Positions 9,955 to 19,239 of a DNA stretch of 64,000 nucleotides are shown here, piece after piece; position 1 is the first letter of the stretch; every line of letters begins with the position of its first letter. The notes below the pieces were generated by a model. It was not told the DNA's origin, made no database searches, and saw nothing but the letters and a program-made list of their open reading frames with translations. A program made the position numbers and the translations under genes. The stretch lies in the NCBI GenBank assembly GCA_963796685.1, contig CAWCMR010000025.1, forward strand, positions 96,001 to 160,000, read 5' to 3'. The DNA comes from an uncultured delta proteobacterium. GTDB lineage: Bacteria; Myxococcota_A; Polyangia; Fen-1088.

Positions 9955-10701
9955 CTAGCTCGCGACCTTGACCGTGAAGACCCAGAAGGCGCTGGCGCCC
10001 TTAGGGTCCGTGGCCGTTGCGGTGATCTCCAAGGTCGCGCCCGGAGTCGCGGGTGCGGTCCAGTGCACGTCGCTACCACCTGCATCGTCGGTCTGGTCGA
10101 AGAATGCGCCGTCGTCCGACTTCCAGGTCCAGAGCAAGGCTTCTCCCTCCGGATCGGTCGCGGTGGCGTGCAGAATGACAACCTCGCCGCCACCGGCATC
10201 GGCCGTCGACTGGTACACGATACCCATCTGAGGCGCGATGTCGATCTTGGGTGGCACCGCCGAGAGAACGATGGTACCCGCTGACGCGCCGCCATGCCCG
10301 TCGAGCACGTCGACGACGAACGAGCACGAAGTCGCGACGGCCAGCCCACCTGCGGCAAACGTCACTTGCGCGAGATCCGTCCGGTCGAAGGTGCCCGGAC
10401 AAGTGCTCTTCCACACGTAGGTCAGGGCATCTCCGTCCGCATCGCTGGCCACCACCTGCAGGATGAGCGATGCGTCGCTGGCCACGCGGCCAGCCGAAGC
10501 TTGCACCGAGGCGACCTGCGGTGCGTGATTGACGACGACCTCCACGTCCGCGCTACCATGGTTCGGCGTATTCGCTGCAACTTGCGAACGACTCATTTCC
10601 GCAGGCGACGGTGGGCTCGTGCTCGAGCCATCGCATCCTAACGCGGCGACGAGCACTGGGAAGCAAAGAGCGAATCGAGTTGAAGCAAAGCCCTGCTGCA
10701 T
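9955..10701 (-). CDS. Lipoprotein with two Ig/cadherin-like domains
   Basis: RBS GGAGGAG, ATG 10701; lipobox AALGC; NHAPQV, ASDADGDALTYVW, ATDPEGEALLWTW. Confidence 0.8.
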   Translation of the reverse strand: MQQGFASTRFALCFPVLVAALGCDGSSTSPPSPAEMSRSQVAANTPNHGSADVEVVVNHAPQVASVQASAGRVASDASLILQVVASDADGDALTYVWKSTCPGTFDRTDLAQVTFAAGGLAVATSCSFVVDVLDGHGGASAGTIVLSAVPPKIDIAPQMGIVYQSTADAGGGEVVILHATATDPEGEALLWTWKSDDGAFFDQTDDAGGSDVHWTAPATPGATLEITATATDPKGASAFWVFTVKVAS

Positions 10702-10889
10702 GATCGAACTCCTCCCGTCGTTTTGGGTCGCGACCACCTCCACGCGATGGGCTTGGACCTGACCACGACGATCTGGAGTTCGGCTCCTATGCTTCAGCAA
10801 ATAAGTATGTTGAGTTACAATTCACAATTGAACAAATTCTTGACGCCGGCATGGCGTGCGCTGTCGGAAAGCCGACGGCTACCCTCAAT

Positions 10890-12788
10890 TCAAGGAGGCA
10901 CGCAGCCCGCCAGAGACTGCCTTAGTTGCGCTTGCAGCTCCGGATTCGATGGCTTGGCGGCGCGGAGAAGGACATCGCACGCTTCTTGGTCTCGTCCCTG
11001 GGCGCGATAGGCGCCGGCGAGGAGCAAACACCCCTGCAAGAGGTCGGGCTCCAGCTTCACCGCGCGTTCGAAGTCGTCGAGTGCGCCCGACCGATCGCCC
11101 TTTTCCGATTGCACCAGACCCAGTGCGAGAAGCGCGGTCGCGGACTTGGGGGCCGCGCGCACTGCCCACTCGGCGGCCACTTCGGCCTCGGACAGCTCGT
11201 GCCGCTGAAGGTGCGCCAGGGCGAGCGTGCCGAGCAAGCCGCTGTGGTCGGGTTTCTCCGCAAGCCCGGCCTGGGCGACGGCAAGGGCGTCCGCCGTTCG
11301 CCCCTGCGAGAGGAAAGCGGCGGCAAGCTTCTCGCGAATGTCGCTGCGAATCCACACCGGGTCATCGGCCGCCAGCTCGAGAGCCGTGGTGTACTCGTCG
11401 ATGGCGAGCTGGCGCTGACCAGCCAGACGATAGGCGTTCCCCAATCCCAGATGGCCCCGCGCTTTGCGCGGCGATTTGGCGACCACATCCGTCCACAGCA
11501 GAAGCTTGGATCTCCAGGTGCCGACCCGGACGAAGGTGAGGCTGGCGAGACCTACGCAAAGAAGCAGGACCAGCGCCACCCCCGTCTGCTTCCGCACCCG
11601 CGCGATGGCATAGTCGGCCCCGACAATGACGGCGAGAAAGACGCCGAAAGAGGCCAGGTACAGTCGATGTTCCACCAGGACATCGAGAATGGGAAGCAGC
11701 GTCGAGGTGTGCGAAAGAACCAGATAGAACCAGAACACGCCGAAGGCAACCACGCGCGCCACCGCGCCCTTGTCGTCTGTCCGCGCGTAATTGCGGTGGA
11801 GGATCATCCCGGTCCCGATCAGCAGGCCGGCATGAAACAGGCCGCAAGCGAGCACGACAGGATCCCAGAATCCGCGCGCCAGGGGAAAGTCCCAGTCCAG
11901 ATTCTGGCCGGCCGGCCAAACCAGCAAGCGCAAGTAGGTGACGATCGCATGCCACTCGGTTCGGAAATAGCGCCAGGGGGACAGCCATGGAACGCCGAAG
12001 CCAGCCACGTCAAGCCCCGTGCCGTCGCCCTTGAGCTTCGGGAGAACCAGCAAGACCACCAGGACCGAATAGAGAACGAACGGAGCGGCCAAGGCAAGAC
12101 GCTTCCGGGGCCGGGCAAGCTTGCTTCCGTACGCAGCCCGGCCGGGAAGTATCCCCAGCAGCAGATAGGCGAAAGGGAGGGTGAGCACGATGGTCTTGGT
12201 GCCGAGCCCGAGCACGAAGGCCACGAACGCGGCGGCGTACAGCGCGGCCCCGGCCGGCCGGCGACCTCGGCGTTCGGCTTCCAGCAGGAGCAGCAGCGAG
12301 CCGAGATAGAACGCCGAGGCCAGCGATTCCGCGCGCTGGGAAACATAGATCACGGCCTGGGTCTGCAAGGGATGGAGCGCGAACACGGCGGCGACCACGA
12401 GGGACAGCGGCTCTCGCTCGGCAAGACCGCCGAGGGCGAGCACCCGGCGCGCGAACGCGTACACCAGCAGCACGGTAGCGAGGTGGATGGCTAGATTCGT
12501 GACGTGGTAGGGAAACGGATCGAGCCCGGCAATCGCGTAATCGAGAGCAAAGGTGAGGTCGGTGAGGACGCGGTCCGCCTGCAAGATGCCCAGCCACTGG
12601 GAGAAGTCGAGATAGTTCCCGAGGTGGTGAATCGTCGAATTCCACTCCACCGTGTGCAGGTCGTCGAGCTCGAACTGGCCGTGCAGCCCCCGGGCATACA
12701 CGAGGACCGTCAGCAGCGCGAGGCCGGCCAGAGCCGCGTTTCGCCATGATGACCGCATTGACCGCATGAAACGAGAAATGCCTATCAT
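10890..12788 (-). CDS. TMTC-like (GT-C fold) membrane glycosyltransferase with C-terminal TPRs
   Basis: F..DD...N first loop (GQFELDDLHTVEWN), PFPYHVTNLAIH, FALHPLQTQAVIYVSQRAE, EHRLYLA, W.S...LW.D, many TM helices, then TPRs. Start uncertain (12788 or 12767). Confidence 0.8.
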   Translation of the reverse strand: MIGISRFMRSMRSSWRNAALAGLALLTVLVYARGLHGQFELDDLHTVEWNSTIHHLGNYLDFSQWLGILQADRVLTDLTFALDYAIAGLDPFPYHVTNLAIHLATVLLVYAFARRVLALGGLAEREPLSLVVAAVFALHPLQTQAVIYVSQRAESLASAFYLGSLLLLLEAERRGRRPAGAALYAAAFVAFVLGLGTKTIVLTLPFAYLLLGILPGRAAYGSKLARPRKRLALAAPFVLYSVLVVLLVLPKLKGDGTGLDVAGFGVPWLSPWRYFRTEWHAIVTYLRLLVWPAGQNLDWDFPLARGFWDPVVLACGLFHAGLLIGTGMILHRNYARTDDKGAVARVVAFGVFWFYLVLSHTSTLLPILDVLVEHRLYLASFGVFLAVIVGADYAIARVRKQTGVALVLLLCVGLASLTFVRVGTWRSKLLLWTDVVAKSPRKARGHLGLGNAYRLAGQRQLAIDEYTTALELAADDPVWIRSDIREKLAAAFLSQGRTADALAVAQAGLAEKPDHSGLLGTLALAHLQRHELSEAEVAAEWAVRAAPKSATALLALGLVQSEKGDRSGALDDFERAVKLEPDLLQGCLLLAGAYRAQGRDQEACDVLLRAAKPSNPELQAQLRQSLAGCVPP

Positions 12789-12799
12789 CACGACACCGT

Positions 12800-12870
12800 G
12801 CAAACAACCGCGCACCTCACCGTGACGAAGTCGTGGCGAGCCGTTCACACCATGCGGCAGAGAGTAGGAT
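12800..12870 (+). promoter_or_regulatory. Pho-box-like array with candidate -10
   Basis: GCAAA 12800, CGCAC 12811, GTGAC 12822, GTGGC 12833, TTCAC 12844 (11-bp period), then TAGGAT at 12865. Confidence 0.5.
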
Positions 12871-12963
12871 TAGAAGCGTTAACCAGGACTCGGCATTTCG
12901 AGCCTCGGAGCGGCGCCCTTGCGCCGGCGTGCGGAAATGGAGCCAGCATAGGAGGCAAGTACA

Positions 12964-14862
12964 ATGACGTTGTTTGCATGGAATCGTGTGAAGAAGTTGG
13001 TCGGGGTCGTGCTCCCGACTTTGGCGGCCGTCTTGGCCATGGGAAACGGCGCCGCGCGGGCGCAAGAAACCTGCCCTGACGAGACGCTGGATCCGAGCGT
13101 GTTGCCGGTCCAGGGATTCGCGGGCTACATGCCTCATGACCTGGCGCTGGCTTGCGCGAACGCCTACGGCGGCGGCAATGTCGGCAAGGGCTGCTTTCGC
13201 TTGGACGGCTCGGATACCATGACCATGATCATGCACGACGCTATTGCCCAGTCTGGCGCGTGCCTCAGCTACCACAACGTCGGCTCGGGACAGGCCGAGA
13301 CCAACCTGCGCTGGACCGCGGGGGATGCGGGCGTTACGGGCACGGTCAAGCAGTGCCTCGGCCCCATGTCGCGCAATTTTCAACAGTCGGTCATCGATGC
13401 CCACGTCGGGGCGTGGACGGCGGTGAGCAAGGACAGCGTCATCGCGATAGACACCGCGGTTTGGACGTTCAAGCAAAAGACCGGGCAGTGTGGCGAGCTC
13501 GACGACAGCGTACCGGCCACGTGCGCATCTCAATGCCCGAAGGTGGGGACATCTGCTCTCAGCGCCATGGGCGTCATCCTCGGTGGCTATCCCCAGGGTG
13601 GCAATACCAAGAGTGAGGCCACCACGGCGGAGTGCGCAGATCCCTGCCGTGAGTGTCTCCTCGGCTTTCTCGGCAGCCCTTCATGCGAAGGCTCGGGCCA
13701 CATCGAGCACATCCTCCGCGGCGACGACAAGTCCGGTACCGCGGACACCATCCGCGAGAAGCTGAATTTCGACCGCTGGTGCAACGGCAAGTCCGAGGGC
13801 AACAACCTTCTTCCCGGCAGCAACCTATTCAATGAGGACCTGGATCCCATCCGCCGTTCCTGCATGCCGGCAACGAACACGACCGTGCTCACCCGCTGCA
13901 CCTACTACCCCACCAGCCAAACCTGCCAGGCCGACGATGCCGACGTCCCCGCCTATGGATCGCTCACCATCCGAGGGGTCACCCTCACCAACTCATACAG
14001 CCAGCCGCTCCAGTGCTCGCAGGGTGTCGTCGTCGCACTCTCCGAGAACGACCATGGGTCAGCGGGAGCGTCGAAAGCTGACTGTGCCGGCCCCAACCAG
14101 CACAATGCCGACATCACCGAATCAATTGGTTTGCGCGTAGCCAACGATGCCCTCGGCCAGCTCGTCGGGGTCGCGGGTGCGTCTTCCAGGACGGCTCCGT
14201 GCAACCCCAACGCCGTTGTCACGATCAACACCATCACCACGACCTTCCTGCCGAACATCTACAAGGGTGCTTACCTGTTCTCCCGCCGCCTATACCTCCA
14301 GAATCCCTACGACATGGCCAACACCCACACCTGCCCCGCCAGCAACCCGGGCGAATCCGCCGCAGGCCGCTTGGCCGAGGAGACCAGACTCTGGAATTTC
14401 ACCCAGAGCGAGCAATGTCCTGCCGTCATCACAACCGGCCATACAACCTTCGACTATGACCAGGGCGGAATGCAGAACATCGTCATCAACCATGGCTTCC
14501 ACGCGAAGTGGGAAGGATCCCTCGCTCCCGGAGATGCTGAAGCCTGTGGCAACACGTCTTGTTTAGTCGCGCCGTTCAACACCACCCTCACCTGCGGGAC
14601 GATTACCCCTGGTGCCAGCGCGTCGAAGCAGAACATCGGCGACGAGACCTCAGGGAACGCTTGCGATCCAAGCTACCCCTGCGTTGCCAACGGATTGGTC
14701 GGCACCGGAAACCCGCTCACCTGCGGCAACTCGCTGAACCCCACCGTGTGTCCTGCCATGCCGGACCTGCCCTCGAGCTACGGCTGCATCCTGGGCGCGA
14801 AGTGCACGAGCGGCGTCTGCTTCGATGACGGCTTCGGCGTTGGCGGAGGGATCTGCCAGTAG
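12964..14862 (+). CDS. Secreted Cys-rich PstS/PBP2-like protein (paralog of 3000-4904)
   Basis: Near-identical blocks to 3000-4904 throughout (TCPDETLDPSVL...DDGFGVGGGICQ); DGSDT, GSGQA, PMSR, DDKSGT, YLFSRRLYL. Confidence 0.7.
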   Translation: MTLFAWNRVKKLVGVVLPTLAAVLAMGNGAARAQETCPDETLDPSVLPVQGFAGYMPHDLALACANAYGGGNVGKGCFRLDGSDTMTMIMHDAIAQSGACLSYHNVGSGQAETNLRWTAGDAGVTGTVKQCLGPMSRNFQQSVIDAHVGAWTAVSKDSVIAIDTAVWTFKQKTGQCGELDDSVPATCASQCPKVGTSALSAMGVILGGYPQGGNTKSEATTAECADPCRECLLGFLGSPSCEGSGHIEHILRGDDKSGTADTIREKLNFDRWCNGKSEGNNLLPGSNLFNEDLDPIRRSCMPATNTTVLTRCTYYPTSQTCQADDADVPAYGSLTIRGVTLTNSYSQPLQCSQGVVVALSENDHGSAGASKADCAGPNQHNADITESIGLRVANDALGQLVGVAGASSRTAPCNPNAVVTINTITTTFLPNIYKGAYLFSRRLYLQNPYDMANTHTCPASNPGESAAGRLAEETRLWNFTQSEQCPAVITTGHTTFDYDQGGMQNIVINHGFHAKWEGSLAPGDAEACGNTSCLVAPFNTTLTCGTITPGASASKQNIGDETSGNACDPSYPCVANGLVGTGNPLTCGNSLNPTVCPAMPDLPSSYGCILGAKCTSGVCFDDGFGVGGGICQ

Positions 14863-14883
14863 TAAGCACAGTTGAGGGAAAGC

Positions 14884-14925
14884 CGCCTCGCCTCTTGGAA
14901 CCCGGGAGGCGAGGCGACGGCCTTT
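14884..14925. terminator. Hairpin between convergent genes
   Basis: Perfect 11-bp stem CGCCTCGCCTC (14884-14894) / GAGGCGAGGCG (14906-14916). Confidence 0.6.
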
Positions 14926-14992
14926 GCGTTGCTACCCAGAGCTATGCGCCGCTGGTGTGGGCTGACGCACCTACAACGGAAGGCCATCCCCA

Positions 14993-17161
14993 TTATGGGC
15001 TGAGACGGGATACGAAACTTCTTACTGCTTTAAGTTCCTCGCAGTACCCGTTGCTGCATCGGACGGAACTCGCCGGAGGCACGTAGCAGTCGGTATCTGC
15101 GCTGCATGTGGTAACTGAGCTGTTCAACACGGTGGAACCTACTGATATCATGTGCTGGAAATTGCCACCTATGACGACGGAATCGGCCAGGTTCCCGGTC
15201 GCGGCCGTGGCCACGGTAACCCCGGTGATCTGCTGGACTCCTGCTGAGTCACCATAGCTCTGCGCGCACAGGATGGAGCCATTGGCCCCGGAGAGCTCGG
15301 CGGTGAAGGCATCGAAATAGGCAATGCCAGTCGAAACCAGGCCATTCAACCCGTTGAGCGCACCTATGTATTTGCCGCCGATGACCACGTCTCCAACCGA
15401 GGACACGGCCACCGCGTTGACAATTTGGTCATAGGCCGCATCGCCGAAGGTGAAGCCCCAGAGCGCAGTCAGTGTGGGATCGAGCTTGACCACGAAGCCG
15501 TCGCTCTTGCCCCTCGAAGTGAGCGTGCCCACGGGCGCGCCGAAGTTGGCACTGGTGGTTGCAGAAATGGCGCCCGCAATAACGACGTTGGAGCTGCCAT
15601 CCACCGCGATGCCGAAGACGTCCGAGAATCCGGCACTGCCCCAAGTCGCGACCGCCTGCACGACTCCATTGACACCGAATTTGGCGACGTACATGAGGCC
15701 AAGGACATTTGGCGCCACCGTGGGAAGAGCGTGGTCATTGCCGCTGCTATCATTGCCGAAGTCAAGGGCACCATTGTAAGTGCCCGCAATGTAGACGTTG
15801 CCAGTATCGTCCATGGCCACGGACTCGCACTGCTGATCGCCGGTGCCGCCGAGCTCGCGGCCCCACACCACCGTGCCCGCGGTGGCGTCGATCACCGCCA
15901 CCACGATGTCCGTATTGCCACCGAAGACCCCGGCCGCGCCAGTGGTCAAGCCGGCGTTTGTGGTGTTGGTCGAGTTGTAGAGGGTCACGGCGCGAGCAGT
16001 CTTGCCGCACACCGCGATGAGATTCTGGTGTGGGTTCGAGGCCATGGCCTGGAAAGCACCACTGCCGAGGTCCACGTTGTGCACCTTGATGGGTGTCACG
16101 TACTGGCCGGACGATGTTCCATCAATAATTGCGTAGTAGCCCATCGGGGCTCCGATGGACAAGGAGGGCTTGGAAAGGTAGTCGGTTCCGCTGTCTCCGC
16201 TGTCGCTGCCCTTGGCGGTGAAGTCGATTTCGCCCACGTAGACTCCGATTACCCCGACGTTGCCGTTCTCCGCAACCGCCACGCCACCACCCGTCTGCAT
16301 GGACCCCACTTGGTCCGCGAAGCTAAAGGCTTCCGTGACCAGGCCCGAGGATGGATTCAGCTTGACCAGGAAGGCGGCGAGGGCGCTTGCCTGAGATGTG
16401 TAGAGAAGCGGCGTCCCGGTTCCAAAGTCCGCCGAAGCGGTCATGGAGCCTGAGGCCCACCTGGTTCCATCCGGCGCCGCCGCAAGTCCCCCCGGACTGA
16501 AGTTGCCCAAGTCCGCACCTTCAGGCCACGCATTGGCCCAACTTGAAGAGCCGATGGAGCAGGTTCCGGCAGGGCCGTCGGGACCATGGTCAGGGGTGTT
16601 GGCGTCCAATACTACGCCTGCATCTGGCGCGACCTCAGGTTGAGAATCGGGCCTGGTGTCGGGCGCAGCCTCCGCCAAGTCGGGGCCTCTGTCGGCCGCG
16701 ATATCGAGGGTCGAGTCGGGAGCGCGATCGGTGGCGATATCCGGTGCTGGCGTATCGCTGCTGTCTGCGCCAATGGGAGCGTCCGGCGCATCGCTGGCTG
16801 CGTCCCGAACGTCCGGGGTAACGAGATCTACGCTACTGGCGTCGAGCCCGCCCGCCTCGGCGAGCATAATCCTCGAATCTCTGCCAGCATCGATTCCGCC
16901 TTGCCCATCCGCGTTGTTGGGCCCATCGCCCGCCGCCATGTCGATCACGGTGGTGCTCGTGTCTCCGGCCTCGGCCCCGCTGACGGAGACGTCGCGACCT
17001 CCGTCCGGGGCACTGCAATACCTGCGCTGTCCCGCATCCAGCTTCTCGTTCGAGGTCCCGCTGCTGCAAGAAGCTGCCAGCCACGCGAGCACGACGACCA
17101 TGGCCGATGAACGGCTTTTGTAGGTCGGCGGCTCGGAGGCAGGCAATTGGATGGGTGCCAC
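14993..17161 (-). CDS. Lipoprotein with Asp/Pro-rich linker and C-terminal beta-propeller-like (SBBP-type) domain
   Basis: Lipobox LAASC; PDxxxD linker; repeats AMDDTGNVYIAGTYNG, AVDGSSNVVIAG, AVSSVGDVVIGG. Confidence 0.8.
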   Translation of the reverse strand: MAPIQLPASEPPTYKSRSSAMVVVLAWLAASCSSGTSNEKLDAGQRRYCSAPDGGRDVSVSGAEAGDTSTTVIDMAAGDGPNNADGQGGIDAGRDSRIMLAEAGGLDASSVDLVTPDVRDAASDAPDAPIGADSSDTPAPDIATDRAPDSTLDIAADRGPDLAEAAPDTRPDSQPEVAPDAGVVLDANTPDHGPDGPAGTCSIGSSSWANAWPEGADLGNFSPGGLAAAPDGTRWASGSMTASADFGTGTPLLYTSQASALAAFLVKLNPSSGLVTEAFSFADQVGSMQTGGGVAVAENGNVGVIGVYVGEIDFTAKGSDSGDSGTDYLSKPSLSIGAPMGYYAIIDGTSSGQYVTPIKVHNVDLGSGAFQAMASNPHQNLIAVCGKTARAVTLYNSTNTTNAGLTTGAAGVFGGNTDIVVAVIDATAGTVVWGRELGGTGDQQCESVAMDDTGNVYIAGTYNGALDFGNDSSGNDHALPTVAPNVLGLMYVAKFGVNGVVQAVATWGSAGFSDVFGIAVDGSSNVVIAGAISATTSANFGAPVGTLTSRGKSDGFVVKLDPTLTALWGFTFGDAAYDQIVNAVAVSSVGDVVIGGKYIGALNGLNGLVSTGIAYFDAFTAELSGANGSILCAQSYGDSAGVQQITGVTVATAATGNLADSVVIGGNFQHMISVGSTVLNSSVTTCSADTDCYVPPASSVRCSNGYCEELKAVRSFVSRLSP

Positions 17162-17244
17162 GGTGCTGTCCTCTTGACTTTTGTGGCTTGACCTAGCGCA
17201 GGCTCATCGCGGTTGGCTTGGGGTGAGTCGATCCCAGCTTCGCG

Positions 17245-19107
17245 CTACAATTCCAGCAAGAACGCGTCATACTGAGGGGCTGAATAGACCGCGCTCAAAG
17301 CCGTGGTCTGCCCTCCGAAGTCGAGCACCTTGTTGTAGAAGCCGCCGATGGCCGTGCGATCCTTGTTGGCTCCGGTCCCCGTGCGGTTGATGGCGATGGA
17401 CACGGCGGTGGCGGCGCCCGAATTGGGATCGCCATAGGAGCTTGCGCATAAGGTCTGACCGCTCGCACCGCTGAGGGTTAGCGCGAATACCACAGGTTGC
17501 TCGGAAGTGGTGGGGAGTTGGTTGGACTGCAACACGCCACTGCCCGTGTCTAGCGAGTCGTAGTATCCGCCAACGACCACGATATTGCCCTCGGAATCCA
17601 CTGCCGCACCGCCGACCTGACTGCCATTCGCGCTCCCGCCGAACCCTTGCGCCCAAGAGGGCATCAGGGTCATGCCATCGAGCTTGGCCACGAAGCCACT
17701 GCCATTCTTGGCACTAGCGGGAGTCAAGGTCTTGGAACCGAAGACCACGGGTGCCTGGATGATTCCGCCCACGATCACGTTTCCCTGTGGGTCGAGCGCG
17801 AGCGTGACGGGGGTGATCTTCCCCGAGGTGCCGAAAGCCTGGGCCGCCAGGGTGGTCCCGTCAGCGCCGTTGAGCTTGGCCACCCAAGCGATTTGGTCCT
17901 GGCTGCCCGTCGGAGCTGGGGTGAGGGCACCCAGACCGAAATCGAGCGTTCCGGCATAGGTGCCGGCGAAGTAGGCGTTGCCACTGTCATCCAAGACGGC
18001 GGTACCGCAGCTTTGATCATGCGCATCGCCAAATAGCTTCGCCCACATCACGGTGCCATCGCTGGCCTTGATCGCGGCCACGATCACGTCGTTGCCGCCG
18101 GCATAGGTTCCGGTAGGATTGAGCGCGGTGGGTTTCTTCTTCGCCGCACCACAGACAAGGAAGTAGGCTTGGTTCGGATTGCCGGCAATCGCAGAGAAAT
18201 TGCCCGTTGGGCTGGTCCCGAGGTCGATCTTCTTCGACCAGGCTCCGGTGCCGTCGCTGTCGTTCAATCCCATGACGTAGGCAATGGCCTGGCTTCCAGC
18301 ATTGATGAGGGGGGGGATGATGCCGTTGACAGGGTCGATGTCGAGGGTCCCGGTGAATACCCCAGTGGCGACGACGTTGCCGCTGGTCACCGCTGTCCCG
18401 TAGACCGTCTGGTCTGAGCCGTCCCCAGCCGTGAAGACCCATGTCGCTTTGCCAGTCTCAGAATCGAGCTTGGCGACCATGGCGTCGGCGCTGCCGGCGT
18501 TGGTGAGTGTCTTGCCCGCAAAGGGCACGCTGTTCTTAGGAGCGGTCGGGTAGGGTTGGAATTCAGCTCCGGTGATGAGGCTTCCGTCATGGTCCCAAGA
18601 CAAGGTGTAGAGCTCGGGAACCGGATAATCCCAGGCATGCACGGGGCTCGAACATACGAAGACTCCTCCTCCATCCACCATAGCGCCGTCTACCGAACTG
18701 CCACCGCCAGCATCGACGGGCGGCAGGTCGGGCGTGATCGAGTGATCGACCGGCACATCTCGGCCGGCGTCGCTGACAACTCCGCCGCTGCCCGAGTCGA
18801 CGCCTCCACTTCCACCGCTGCCGTTACCCATATCGATGCCGCCGCCGCTGCCGCCAGCGGCCGTATCGGGAACCACCGAGACGGAATCCTTGCCCACTTC
18901 CGGCGAGGAAGGGGGCAAATCTAGACTTGGCGTGGCATCCTTCGGGAGCGCGGTGTCCGTGTTCGCCCCTCCGCTTCCACCACTTCCACCACTTCCGCCG
19001 CCGCCACCGCAGCCAGCGGCCACGAGCGCGGATGCTGCCGCGGTCAAGAACAGGCGGCAGAGAACTGTACCACGAACGGCATTACCTCGATGTGCGTGTC
19101 GAATCAT
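17245..19107 (-). CDS. Lipoprotein with Gly-rich linker and C-terminal beta-propeller-like domain
   Basis: Lipobox AAGC; LDDSGNAYFAGTYAGTLDFG, LDPQGNVIVGG, AVDSEGNIVVVG; paralogous to neighbouring genes. Confidence 0.8.
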   Translation of the reverse strand: MIRHAHRGNAVRGTVLCRLFLTAAASALVAAGCGGGGGSGGSGGSGGANTDTALPKDATPSLDLPPSSPEVGKDSVSVVPDTAAGGSGGGIDMGNGSGGSGGVDSGSGGVVSDAGRDVPVDHSITPDLPPVDAGGGSSVDGAMVDGGGVFVCSSPVHAWDYPVPELYTLSWDHDGSLITGAEFQPYPTAPKNSVPFAGKTLTNAGSADAMVAKLDSETGKATWVFTAGDGSDQTVYGTAVTSGNVVATGVFTGTLDIDPVNGIIPPLINAGSQAIAYVMGLNDSDGTGAWSKKIDLGTSPTGNFSAIAGNPNQAYFLVCGAAKKKPTALNPTGTYAGGNDVIVAAIKASDGTVMWAKLFGDAHDQSCGTAVLDDSGNAYFAGTYAGTLDFGLGALTPAPTGSQDQIAWVAKLNGADGTTLAAQAFGTSGKITPVTLALDPQGNVIVGGIIQAPVVFGSKTLTPASAKNGSGFVAKLDGMTLMPSWAQGFGGSANGSQVGGAAVDSEGNIVVVGGYYDSLDTGSGVLQSNQLPTTSEQPVVFALTLSGASGQTLCASSYGDPNSGAATAVSIAINRTGTGANKDRTAIGGFYNKVLDFGGQTTALSAVYSAPQYDAFLLEL

Positions 19108-19182
19108 GATTTCCTCGCTGTTGGTCGCCCCGAACGGGGACTAAGTGTCGTGCGTAGATACCCCCGTCAAAGGGTGCATCGG

Positions 19183-19220
19183 GTGATGAATTTGCGAATT
19201 TTGGGTGTCGTATTGGTTAC
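19183..19220 (-). promoter_or_regulatory. Pho-box-like array
   Basis: Minus strand GTAAC-N6-GACAC-N6-TTCGC-N6-ATCAC upstream of 19107. Confidence 0.5.
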
Positions 19221-19239
19221 GGTGCTGGTCATGGGCCGA

